DNA of 64,000 bases from Naegleria gruberi (Eukaryota). The notes under the pieces were generated by a model, which saw nothing but the letters and a program-made list of their open reading frames with translations, was not told the DNA's origin and ran no database searches. Both the position numbers and the translations under genes were made by a program. Below, piece after piece: positions 21,747 to 32,073 of this stretch. The DNA lies in assembly GCA_000004985.1 (NCBI GenBank), contig GG738899.1; one strand, 5' to 3'. Positions within the stretch are counted from its first letter, which is position 1, and each line of letters starts with the position of its first letter.

Positions 21747-23181
21747 ATGATGAGAAGTTCCCTTGCCAAGTGTTCAAATAGGCTCCATAATGCCTTGAAA
21801 AAACAATCCGTTCCAATGAATTTTCTTCTTTCCGATAAAACAATATTGCCAAATGTCATTACTCAACAATTGACAAGAGAATACAATTCAAGATCAAATA
21901 TTTTGATGAATGAAAGTGCACTTCCAAAGGTTGAGAAACCATTGGCTGAAATACCATTGGAAGGAAAAACTGATTTGGAAATTAAAGATCCATCATTGAT
22001 CTTTGCTCGTGTGATCAAACATTTGGAAGATAAATTCGGAAGAAAGAGATTATACTTTCCAAAGGAAATTTATTGGCTAGTTGGAGCTCCAGGAGCGTAG
22101 GTTTAATTTTAATTCATTGTTGTGACCATTCATTATCTTTAGTGGAAAAGGAACAATGTTAAAATTTATTAATTCACAACGTGGTTTGACATCCAAGCCA
22201 ATTACTGTTAGTGATTTGTTGAATAGTGAGGAAATGAAAAAGATTAAAGATTCTGGAAGATTGATTAGTGATGCTCAAGTGATTGAAGCTGTTTTTACCA
22301 AATTGTTGGATCCAGAATATGAGAATGGTGTGATTGTGGATGGCTTTCCTCGTACTCCTGTTCAAGCTCAATGTATTGCCTTACTTTATGATTTAATGTT
22401 GCAATTTAGACATGAATTTCAATCAGACTCGGTTGTATCTCAAAAATTTAGAAGACCTAGCTTTAGACTTTGTGTCTTGTTTGTTGATGAAAAGATTTCA
22501 GTTGAAAGACAACTCAGTAGAGGAAGAAAAATTATTGAAATGAATAGAATTGCTACAGAAACTGGATATGGGAATCTTCAAGAAGTTAGAAGCACTGATG
22601 TTGATGATGACGCTGCCAAGCTCAGATACAAATACTTTAGAGACACCATTTATGAATCCATCAAGAGCTTGCAAGATAAATTCCCTTACAATTTCATTGA
22701 TGCTTCAGGATCAGTTGAAGACACTGCTGAAAATATTACCAAGGAATTGGCCTACCAATCCTCATTAGAATTGGGTAAAACTACTTTTGATTTAATTTCA
22801 TCCATTCCAACAGCTGATGAAATTACCATGCATGCCAGACAATTACTTGTTAGAAGACTTGATGGATACTCCTCTAGAAATGCTGAACTCTTCAAGAAAG
22901 TTCTCCAAGTCATCAAATCTGAATTTATACACATTCTCCAAAGACAAGCACTATCTGGAGTTGCAATTATTAGAAGTGAAAATCCTGTTTTCAAGGAAAA
23001 TCCACTTGCAGTTAATATTTTAATGGACGTACTAACTGAGAGAGGATTCCAAGTCATTCTCGATTATGAAAGAAAATTAGTACCATCAAGAGTTGATCCT
23101 TTTGATCACTCAATCATTCACGAACCTGTTCGAATTTTCCACTTTGAAATTCAATTTGAAAAACCAAGAATTAGAGAATAA
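21747..23181 (+). CDS. Adenylate-kinase-domain protein with long N- and C-terminal extensions (about 477 aa); two exons join(21747..22096,22143..23181).
   Basis: A 46-nt GTAGGT..AG intron splits the P-loop; splicing restores LVGAPGAGKGT. The downstream GFPRT signature (VIVDGFPRTPVQAQ) identifies the NMP/adenylate kinase family. The two track ORFs are in compatible phase. Confidence 0.75.
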
Positions 23182-23542
23182 TCTTGTATTTAATATTGTA
23201 TTATAGGGCTATTTGAATAAACAGATAGGGTCTCCTTTTGCCATTCGTTGACATTAAACGATACTAATCGATTATTTCATCATGATTTTGTACTACTTAG
23301 ACCCTTTTTGGTTTTTTGTAATTTTGGATGCCAGAAATTTGACGAAGTACAAAAAAATTTGATGGTGCTGGGAAACAACTAAAAATAATTTCCAGCAAAA
23401 ACAATCGTGAAAAAAAATTGAATTAACATCACACCCTCTTACTCTGCCCAAAAGAAAAACTGGGCATAAATCTAGGCTTGATTGAAACTCTTTCGGAACA
23501 AGATCAAACTCTATTGTATTATTATTCACTTTACAACATATC

Positions 23543-24187
23543 ATGAACCCATATAACAATTTTCAAACTTCATATTTTCAGTCGGATTTCCATCCTGACA
23601 ATTATAATAATAGTGGTGAAAATCCTAAACGGAAACGAGATGAATACGAATCATATAAATTCATTGATGATGAAGAGCAAATATCATCAGATAGTGAAGA
23701 AGATGAAGAATTGCAATTAATGCAAGGATATCAACCTGATAGAAAACGAACAAAAAGTTCAACATCAACCATTCCCTCTACCAACCTCCACAATAACCTT
23801 TCCCTCCAATCACCACAACAACACTTTTTAAATAATAATAATAACATTCATCACCACAACAATGAGAGTGGATCTATTGTTGAAAACAATCAAGAAGATG
23901 TTATTGATGGTGATTGTATGATGGACGATGAAGAAAGTTACCTTCAACAAGAAGAACCAAGCCTTTTTGTTCCACCTAACTTGCAAAATGATCCCTACTC
24001 AATCCAACAGTTCGAATACAAGAGAAGACAAGTGTATAATCATTACCGAATAGAGAAAGAACGAAAGATGGAAGAGATAGAATTGAAACAATCTATGAAA
24101 CAAGGAGAAACAAACTTTAGATTGAATCCAATACTTCGATATTTACACAATGAAAGGAAAAACAGAATAAATAGCCCGTTTGAATAA
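23543..24187 (+). CDS. Hypothetical acidic, Asn/Gln-rich low-complexity protein (214 aa).
   Basis: ORF ATG..TAA with a nuclear-localisation-like KRKRDEY and poly-N/H tracts; no domain. Confidence 0.35.
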   Translation: MNPYNNFQTSYFQSDFHPDNYNNSGENPKRKRDEYESYKFIDDEEQISSDSEEDEELQLMQGYQPDRKRTKSSTSTIPSTNLHNNLSLQSPQQHFLNNNNNIHHHNNESGSIVENNQEDVIDGDCMMDDEESYLQQEEPSLFVPPNLQNDPYSIQQFEYKRRQVYNHYRIEKERKMEEIELKQSMKQGETNFRLNPILRYLHNERKNRINSPFE

Positions 24188-24856
24188 TATAATTTACCCT
24201 TTAATTCAAATAGGTAACAAAGTGGGTCCAATTTGATTTTTCCCTTCCGTGAACTAGTTGTACTCCACAAATTAATAACATAATTTGTATTGTAGAAAAT
24301 TAGGATCAAGTTTATAAAATCGTCTCTTGACTCGTTTATGGTCTTTCCAAAACTTCCATATGATGCTTGGTGGCACTACCCCAAATGAGGAGAGTAGAAT
24401 AGACGAGGAAAGCTGGACCAGCATCAATCAACAATCTTCTACCTCTGACCCAGAGTCTCTTTGGCATTCCGTCAAAGAAGTGCTTGAAAACGTGTTGGTG
24501 GTTTGGTGAAACGTGTCTGTGGACTCTTCCCTTCAACATCTAAACAATCCATAGTAGTAAAATTATTAATATTATTCCGCAATTTGTTGTTGGAAAATTA
24601 TTGTTGTTGATATTGTTGTTGTTAACAATCAGTTATTATTATTAATAGTAAAATGATGAAGTAAATATATTAATTCATATTGATATCAATTATCCAATAA
24701 CACAAAGCAGAGAGAGTAAAAATTTGGTCAGATAGCGTCAGATGGGGATGTTGCGAAAAATAAGACGTACCTTTGTTGTTTTATTATTTTTTAAGGATTT
24801 TACAATAAATTCTCCAAACAGCAAACAACCAAGCAAATGCCTCTTTTGAAATAAAA

Positions 24857-25266
24857 ATGGTTCGTATGGGAGAAAGAGCATCTCGCTTCACAATTCTTGT
24901 GATGTTTTCGAGTATGCTTGTTGCTAATTTATTTGTAATGGGAAAAGCTATTAGTGGAGAACCTATTCGTATGTAGATTTTTATGAAAATAGTAGTTTTA
25001 ATTATTTTCTAAATCAATTTATTGATGACAATATATTTGTAGGTATCAAAGGCTTTGAAACAAAAGAAGAAGGAAGAAGAACACTTTCCAGATTGTATGA
25101 AATTGATAGTTATGATAAATTAAAACAAGAATTTCTTGACTCATTCAAACCATCAACAAAATCGGAAGAGGAAATTCAAAGAGAAATTGAAGTTATCAGT
25201 GAAAAGGAATCAGCAACTAAAATTAAAGAGGATGATGAAACATTCTACGTTAAAATTAAGAAATAA
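24857..25266 (+). CDS. Small signal-anchored or secreted protein (about 111 aa), two exons join(24857..24968,25043..25266).
   Basis: ATG at 24857, hydrophobic N-terminus FTILVMFSSMLVANLFVMG. GTATGT donor at 24969 and TTTGTAG acceptor ending at 25042 (74-nt intron) give an in-frame continuation to TAA at 25264-25266. Not in the ORF track because exon 1 is short. Confidence 0.4.
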
Positions 25267-25858
25267 TTTTATACAAATTGATTGGGCATGAATAACAGTG
25301 GAAGACAATTGTTACAAACCTTTATGAAAAGGAACAATTATTTTAATTATTTGTTGATAGGAGTTATTTCATTCACTGACGAAATGTTCTTATGGAAATC
25401 ATCAAGTTTTTTACTCATTGGAGAAATAAAAGAGAATATTGATAGCAAATTCATTTCCGTGCTACTCTTCAAGTATTGTAAACGATATCTTCAACAATGT
25501 GTTATCATTATAATATATTAATTATTATCATCTTCCCACCTATTGATATATTATAAAACTGTGTGAGTTTTAAGATTTCAATGTAAATCCAAAATATTTG
25601 TTTTAAGGGCTTCAACACCTATGGTCATCAACTTGTTTTTGAACTTCCATAGTTTCATAGAGTTCTAGTCTATGATTGAAGAATAAGCACTTCTTGCCCA
25701 CAGTTGAACTACTGGCCGTATTATGCAAACACCGAACGGAAAGGAAATCGAACGCATTAATTAAGCAGCTCAAAAAACATTCAATTTCATGTAATCATCA
25801 TCCTCGCTACTCGATGCTTTATATCTTTTCACAAACAAAAAAAACATTCAAATTCATA

Positions 25859-27402
25859 ATGACCCATCCAATGAATAATTCTCATGAAGAACATCTCCCT
25901 CATGGTGAGGAGAGGGATGAGGATGCAATTTTCACAACATTGGAGTGTGATGAAATTATCACAGCCAACCATAAAGATAAATATCACACCAATAGACTCT
26001 GTTGGAATAGAGCAATTAATGCATTTCCGAGAGTTATTACCTACTGTAAAACTGTTGAACATGTTCGTAAGTGCATTGCTTTTGCAAGAGAGCATGCATT
26101 ACCAATCAGAATTAGGTCTGGGGCTCACAGTTATGAGGGATTTTCAACGGGAGATGAGGTCATGATCATTGATGTGAGTCGTATGAAAAGTATTGAACTC
26201 GATATGCAAAAGTTGGAGGCAAGAATTGGTGCAGGTGTTCAAAATATTGAAATATTCACAGCACTCAAAGATAAAGGACTGATTGCTGTTGGTGGGGCAT
26301 GTCCAACTGTGGGTGTTTGTGGCTTTGTTATGGGTAAGTGTTTATTAGTAGTCACTTGTTTACTAATGTAACATTGTACATGCAATTATCAATCTATTGA
26401 AATAATGAAGGTGGTGGTTGGTCCTTCTCTTCAAGATACTTTGGTCTTGGGTGTGACAGTGTTATCGAGTTTGAAATTGTTGACTATGAAGGGAATTTAT
26501 TAACAGTCAACTCTGAATCCCATCCAGAATTGTTTTGGGCATGTAGGGGAGCAGGTGCTGGAAATTTTGGAATTTGTGTCTCAATGAAACTGAAAGTTTA
26601 CAATACATTTGATAGAGCAACACTGATTACCTTAAATTATCCAAATTGTTGCGAGAAGAAAATTGTTTCGAAAATTAAGGCATGGCAAAACTTTTTCAAA
26701 ACTTGTGATTTGAGATTTAATGGGAAAATTAATATTTATAATTGTTCAAAGGATGGAATTGGATTTAACTTTCTGATAGTGTTTTATGGAGGTGCAGATG
26801 AGGCCCACTCGTTGCTTCAACCATTACTGAATGATTGCTGTCCAGAGTATGAACCTTCGATAACAGCAGTGAAATATCCAGATTCATCCATTGATTTATC
26901 AATGCAAGAGTCATCAGTTTATAATACCTTAAAGACGATATGTGATATTCATCCAGATTATGAGAGTTTTAAATCAACAGGAGGATTTATGAGTAGAGAT
27001 TTAGAGACAGAAGAAATTCAAAATCTAATTGAGATTGTGAAAAGGAAAGCAACTGGGTGTACATATACAGCATTTTCTATTTATGGTTTGGAAGGAAATA
27101 TTCGAAAAGTTCCTCATGATTCGACAGCATTCCCATATAGGCAAGCTCAACAAATGATTGGACTCCAAACACAATGGGAGGATGAGCAATATGCAAAGGA
27201 GAATAAGGAATGGCTTGTTGATACAATTTTTAAACATATTCTACCAATAACTGATGGATTTTTTACAAACTTTCCCTTAATTGAATTGAAGGATTATAGA
27301 AAACAGTATTATGGAAGAGAAGAGTGGAGACAAGAGAAACTCTCAAAAGTTAAATATCAATATGATCCATTAAGAATTTTCTCTCATTCTCAAGGAGTGT
27401 AG
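25859..27402 (+). CDS. FAD-linked oxidase of the PCMH-type FAD-binding domain / berberine-bridge-enzyme-like family; two exons join(25859..26333,26411..27402).
   Basis: IRSGAHSYEG and the GGGWSF ... RGAGAGNFGIC motifs form the FAD-binding domain. The 77-nt intron (GTAAGT at 26334, AG at 26409-26410) splices VMG|GGWSF in frame. C-terminal BBE-like YQYDPLRIF. Start chosen at the in-frame ATG 25859; ATG 25814 is an alternative. Confidence 0.8.
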
Positions 27403-27586
27403 AACCTATAAAGAGCTAGCCCTTCTTTCACAACTAGAAATATTTGGTTTAATTGCACAACAGACTGACTTATTGAAAATGAATTAAATATAATCTCTTT
27501 AATTTTGATTTTGTCTTTTGTTATTCAATTCGAAATTTATTTAAATCTAATAGTTGATGTGAATGATCTCCGTAATATGTTGCTTG

Positions 27587-28096
27587 TTACAAGACATACA
27601 TGCAAATGATTGTATAAATACCCAAACTAACAGTACTCAATAATCCCCAAAACCAAACCAATGTTCTCCAAGGTTGTAAATTGAACCAATACATGAAAAA
27701 GTAGACCATTCTGGAAAGGGTAAAGCTTGCCATCAGAATATTCCCCACAATGGCATTCCACAAGGAATATTGAGGATCAGTAGTTGAGTTATAGCTCATT
27801 GTTGAGACAATAACATATGGAATTGCAATCATGATGAATGGCAAAACATTTTCAATATCATTTCTGTGAATGTTGCCAGCTAATTCAGCACGAGAGGCCC
27901 ATGAGGAAGGTTTCTGATCTTCGAGAGAGGAATCACTATTGTTAACTCCTTGCTTTTGTTTCTTTTTGGTGGCCATGGTATCAATCATTTTAGAAACACC
28001 TGTAATTTGAGCAGCAATGAATACACGAAACATTAGGAGAAAGACGTTATAGACGAATCCTTGAAGGACAGCATTGTAGAGAATGAGTGGTTGCAT
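27587..28096 (-). CDS. MAPEG-family membrane protein (microsomal glutathione S-transferase / LTC4-synthase-like), 169 aa.
   Basis: Four hydrophobic helices and the MAPEG signature NIHRNDIENVLPF (R-x-H-x-N-D-x-E-N-x-x-P-F). ATG at 28094-28096, TAA stop. Confidence 0.7.
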   Translation of the reverse strand: MQPLILYNAVLQGFVYNVFLLMFRVFIAAQITGVSKMIDTMATKKKQKQGVNNSDSSLEDQKPSSWASRAELAGNIHRNDIENVLPFIMIAIPYVIVSTMSYNSTTDPQYSLWNAIVGNILMASFTLSRMVYFFMYWFNLQPWRTLVWFWGLLSTVSLGIYTIICMYVL

Positions 28097-28455
28097 TTTG
28101 TTTGTTCTTTCACACCAGACTGTCTCGTTGAGCTATTTGAACTGTTTTGAATAAGTGTCAGCAAAAACAACATACATCCTCCCGCCCGTAGATCTTTAAA
28201 TGGAGGCGGGGTCTTTATTGAATTAGTGCGGCCAATAAGAACGTCCACAGTTCTGAGAACTATGCCTATTGGTATTTGTAACAATGTGCATTTCCTTTAT
28301 GAAGATGATGTTAATTTGTTTGAATGAGCAATCTTTAAAAAACCCACTCCAATTAATAATACAAAGCACTGCTCAAGAGTGTAGCATATCGATATGCTTC
28401 ACATGGTACTAACAGAATTGATCAAGTTGATATCTGGCATTTTATGATAATAGAT

Positions 28456-28574
28456 GGCTACGGCCATATCACGATGAATGCACCTCATCCCGTCCGATTT
28501 GAGAAGTTAAGCATCGTCGAGCCACATCAGTACTGAGGTTGGAGACAACTTGGGAACCTGTGGTGCTGTAGTCT
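28456..28574 (+). rRNA. 5S ribosomal RNA gene (119 nt)
   Basis: GGCTACGGCCATATCACGATGAATGCACCTCATCCCGTCCGATTTGAGAAGTTAAGCATCGTCGAGCCACATCAGTACTGAGGTTGGAGACAACTTGGGAACCTGTGGTGCTGTAGTCT. Conserved 5S blocks (CCGATC-like, AAGTTAAGC, GTACT, GGGAA) are present and the ends pair to form helix I. A TTTTT run follows at 28575-28579. Confidence 0.85.
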
Positions 28575-28579
28575 TTTTA
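28575..28579 (+). terminator. Pol III-type oligo(T) terminator after the 5S gene
   Basis: TTTTT immediately 3' of the 5S rRNA gene. Confidence 0.5.
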
Positions 28580-29188
28580 ATTTCGATTTAATTTATGTGT
28601 TGTTATCTTATTGTTTTTACAACTTTAAATATTGAAATGTAGAGATATTGAAAATGGAAATGTACAAATATGTGAAGAAAATTAAATACAAATCATTTGA
28701 CAATTTAAAGAACTTTATTGAAAAACTTGTAAAATTCAATCTTATCCAAATTGTTTGGGTTGTTGTTTACTATTAGGGAGACTCTTTTAACTGCTGTGGA
28801 TTCACATTACTGCAAATACTTGGTTACAATCAGGGATTACCTCACTCTACATTAATTATCAACCCTCTCGCCACTCTTTCTAGAACGATTTGATTGGACA
28901 AGAGGGCTCAATGAATCTATTAATATACTCGACTGAAGATTCATTGTAGTAGGTTTCTTTTTTTTTAATTGAACAAGAGACAATTTTCACATTCAAGCCA
29001 GCTCACTTTCTATTTATATTTTAGGAAATGCCACTTTCAACTTTTGAAGCAAACATTCATGAATGTAATTTTCATTTGATCAACAAGTTCATAGGAAGGA
29101 TCAATATCAGTTATATCTGTCTTTGTAAAAGAATAAGGAAGTATATTAATTGTACAATGTTCTATTTATTTTTATTTTTATAATGAAT

Positions 29189-29244
29189 GGCTACGGCCAT
29201 AGCAAGATGAAAGCACATCATCTCAATTAGGAACCTATCTTTTT
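29189..29244 (+). pseudogene. Truncated 5S rRNA-derived element: the first 40 nt or so of 5S, then unrelated sequence ending in a T-run.
   Basis: GGCTACGGCCATAGCAAGATGAAAGCACATCATCTCAATTAGGAACCTATCTTTTT. The 5' part matches the 5S 5' end with substitutions; the rest does not match 5S. Confidence 0.5.
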
Positions 29245-29854
29245 GCCTTATTGATTTTTCAACCTGGGTAAGTTGGCCTAGTTGTCCACTTCCATTTCAC
29301 AGATTATTATAGTATTTGTGCAAAGAATGAGGAAATTCTCCACTTTATTAGTTGTTTCTTACAACTTTCAGGAGGAAGTTCTTAAAAATTGTGAGCTGAT
29401 CTTGAAGCCATGATGGAAATTGCTCTTCCACCTCAATAATTAATCAAGTCAACATTCAATTATTTTCTTGAATCGAAATTTATATTTTTCACACATAAAA
29501 GTACCACAATTTTTTAACCTCACTTTTCACACATTCAAAACCAATATCATAAACCTCACAAATCAAACTTGATAAAGCCATTGACTGTACTTCTACAGGA
29601 TCTTTTCTGTAGGAATACATAAACTCGACTTTTTTGAGTCAATCTGACCTTTGAGGTTAACCAAGATGAAGACTCTGTAGTCACATATCTTGAGCATGAT
29701 ATCGAACTGGAAACATGCTTCGCTGTAGGTTTCCTCGTTCATAGATGATTGCTGCATTCCTTACCAGCCATGGTTTGTGAATGGGGGATTTGTGAACATG
29801 CAGATTGGTACCTTAATTTTTTTAATAATTAATAGAAACTTAAACAATTTCAAC

Positions 29855-29900
29855 GTCCTATGGCAGCATTTCAAGTTCTAGGAACCTATGTTTCTTTTGT
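29855..29900 (+). repeat. Degenerate second copy of the truncated-5S-derived element and its spacer.
   Basis: CCTATGGCAGCATTTCAAGTTCTAGGAACCTATGTTTCTTTTG and the following TTGCTTTGCACTTATCAACC align at about 75 percent with 29205-29270 (CAATTAGGAACCTATCTTTTTG ... TTGATTTTTCAACC). Confidence 0.35.
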
Positions 29901-30450
29901 TGCTTTGCACTTATCAACCAAGATCTATTTGGAACTTTCTTTGCATTAATAGGTACAAAGTGAAAGTCGCCTTAAAAAACTGACTAATAACATCATAAAA
30001 TTAGATTTAGAACAGACAATTACTGAAATTGTAAAACATTGAAAGTTTAATGATTGTTTGTAGGGTTGTATGCAACATTTCTTCTCCAGTATGAACGTTT
30101 CCTCTCAACCAAATATTTGGAGAATGAAACACAATGACCTTGTTTTACATGATGTTCAAAATCATTGTCACTAATTACTTCATAAACATTTTCTTTACAA
30201 ACAGCACAAAACGAAACTCCGTACGAAACCTCAATAAATTGTCTAAGGGAAATGAAAGAGTTCTTCACTATCTTGGCCAACAGATTGAAAAAACTCCCAA
30301 ACTTTAATTGAAACTTCCATTTCAGAGTTGGCTCTATTTTTAAAGAAAGAATTATACCATAATGAAATGAATGTTTTCAACAATCTGAAGCTAAGAGAGA
30401 TTGCAAACCAATACTGATTTTGAGGCATGTGTAATTCTAACATCACTATC

Positions 30451-30480
30451 AGCTCGTATTCTACCACTAAACCATCGACG
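30451..30480 (-). pseudogene. tRNA 5'-half remnant (acceptor plus D-arm only)
   Basis: The reverse complement reads GCGTCGATGGTTTAGTGGTAGAATACGAGC, a canonical tRNA 5' end with a GGTTTAGTGGTAGAAT D-arm. No anticodon stem or T-arm follows. Confidence 0.3.
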
Positions 30481-30738
30481 CTTCTTATTAGTCTATCAAA
30501 TATTATAATAATAGATAGTGTGATTTAATAAACTGTCATCAATGAAGTGTTGGTGGCGAAACTCCACCCATGCCTTTTTTACCTCCTGTTAAAATTACAT
30601 TAAGAATTTGAATGGAACATCATAAGTTTTATCTGGTTCAAAACCATCAATTTTCGAATGGTGTTTTAGTACTCACTCACAAATTAAACTATAACAAATT
30701 AAGAGATAGCTCATTATCTTAATTTTGATATTAACAAT

Positions 30739-30857
30739 GGCTACGGCCATATCACGATGAATGCACCTCATCCCGTCCGATTTGAGAAGGTAAGCATCGT
30801 CGAGCCACATCAGTACTGAGGTTGGAGACAACTTGGGAACCTGTGGTGCTGTAGTCT
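30739..30857 (+). rRNA. 5S ribosomal RNA gene (119 nt), second intact copy
   Basis: Identical to the copy at 28456-28574 except for one substitution (AAGGTAAGC versus AAGTTAAGC). Followed by TTTTT at 30858-30862. Confidence 0.85.
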
Positions 30858-30892
30858 TTTTAATTCAAAATATCAAAGTAAAATGAAATTTT

Positions 30893-31836
30893 TTATTTTA
30901 AATATAAATTGGATGTATTAAATAAACATTTACAATTTAATTCTAATTTATCAAATTTATATTGTTCAAGTACAGTGGTATCAAATTGTAATTCTTGTAA
31001 AATCAAACATTCAACAGTTAATTCATTTAAATTTAAAGGAATATTTAATTTTTTTAAATCATATTCAATAATTGTTAATTTTTTTAAATTACATAAATTA
31101 TTTAAATTAACTATTGTAGTTCCTAATTCTTCTAAATGTAATATTTCTAAATTAATCATATTATTTATAATATTAATTTCAGTTAAATAACATCCAGTTA
31201 AAGATAATTCAGTTAAATTTAATTTTGAAATTGCATTTAAAAAATTAAAATAATTTAATTGTTCTAATTCTGATTTAAATATTAAACTTTTTAAATTATT
31301 TAAATGAATAATACCTTCACCATTTAATTCTGTATCTGTAAATGATAATTTTGTTAATTTGGTTAAATATTTTAAATTAATTTCATTTTCAATTTCATTA
31401 CAATATAATTCTTTTAAATTATTTAATTTAGATAATAGAATAATATCCAATTCATTTAAATTAATTGATAAATGTAAAATTGATAAATTATTTAAATTAT
31501 TTAAATATGGTAATACTAAAATGTTTAAATAATAGAAGAAACCCTTAACATACCTTTTATATCACCTTTTAATTCATATATAGAATTAATGTAATTATTA
31601 TTTTCACAAAATTTAATAAAACTATTAATGTATTTAAATCTGCTATTATATTTGATATTAATAATTGATTTGTAATTTAATTTATTACAAATAATAACAT
31701 TCCATTCTTTTGATATTATTCTTAAATATTTACAACAATATTCAAAGGTAAAATATTTAAATAAATGTTCTATCAATATTTCCGATGGAATGTTCGGTGA
31801 GGAGGAATAATTAATCATATGAACTGAGGATGACAT
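30893..31836 (-). CDS. F-box / leucine-rich-repeat protein (about 301 aa), two exons join(complement 31554..31836, 30893..31515).
   Basis: N-terminal F-box-like IPSEILIEHLFKYFTFEYCCKYLRIISKEWNVII. The C-terminal part is made of LxxLxL leucine-rich repeats. A GTATGT donor and TTTTAG acceptor define a 38-nt intron; the exon lengths sum to 906 nt, which is in frame. The upstream extension of the second track ORF has no stops. Confidence 0.6.
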
Positions 31837-32073
31837 TTTTTTTAATAATGAAAAACAATTGATTGGAAATTCACATCAATTCCAGAATTACAGAAAAACC
31901 AGAAACATTTCGAACAAAAACCGAACACATGATGATTGTGGAATTACTTTATATGATTTCCCTCCCTTCTTCCTGTTAGATTGTTTAATTGTGTAGTGGA
32001 TAATCCAAAAAGTATCCAATGTGAAACAACACTATTCAGAATAGTTTTGATCAAAATTAATGTTTTATTTTAA

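Noticed and set aside
28185-28225. GC-rich motif CCTCCCGCCCG ... GGAGGCGGGG as a hairpin or regulatory palindrome
   Set aside because: The second half is the complement, not the reverse complement, of the first, so it cannot form a stem. It may be a GC-box-like element, but nothing supports that.
29560-29830. U6-snRNA-like unit (CATGCTTCGCTGTAGG ... AGCCATGG ... TTAATTTTTTT)
   Set aside because: It lacks the invariant ACAGAGA box and the AGC triad context. Similarity to U6 is limited to short chance matches plus a T-run.
30047-30467. Minus-strand ORFs with a loose C-x2-C ... H-x5-H pattern as a C2H2 zinc-finger gene
   Set aside because: The spacing does not fit C2H2 well and the two ORFs are not joined by a convincing intron. 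They lie in the 5S spacer region.
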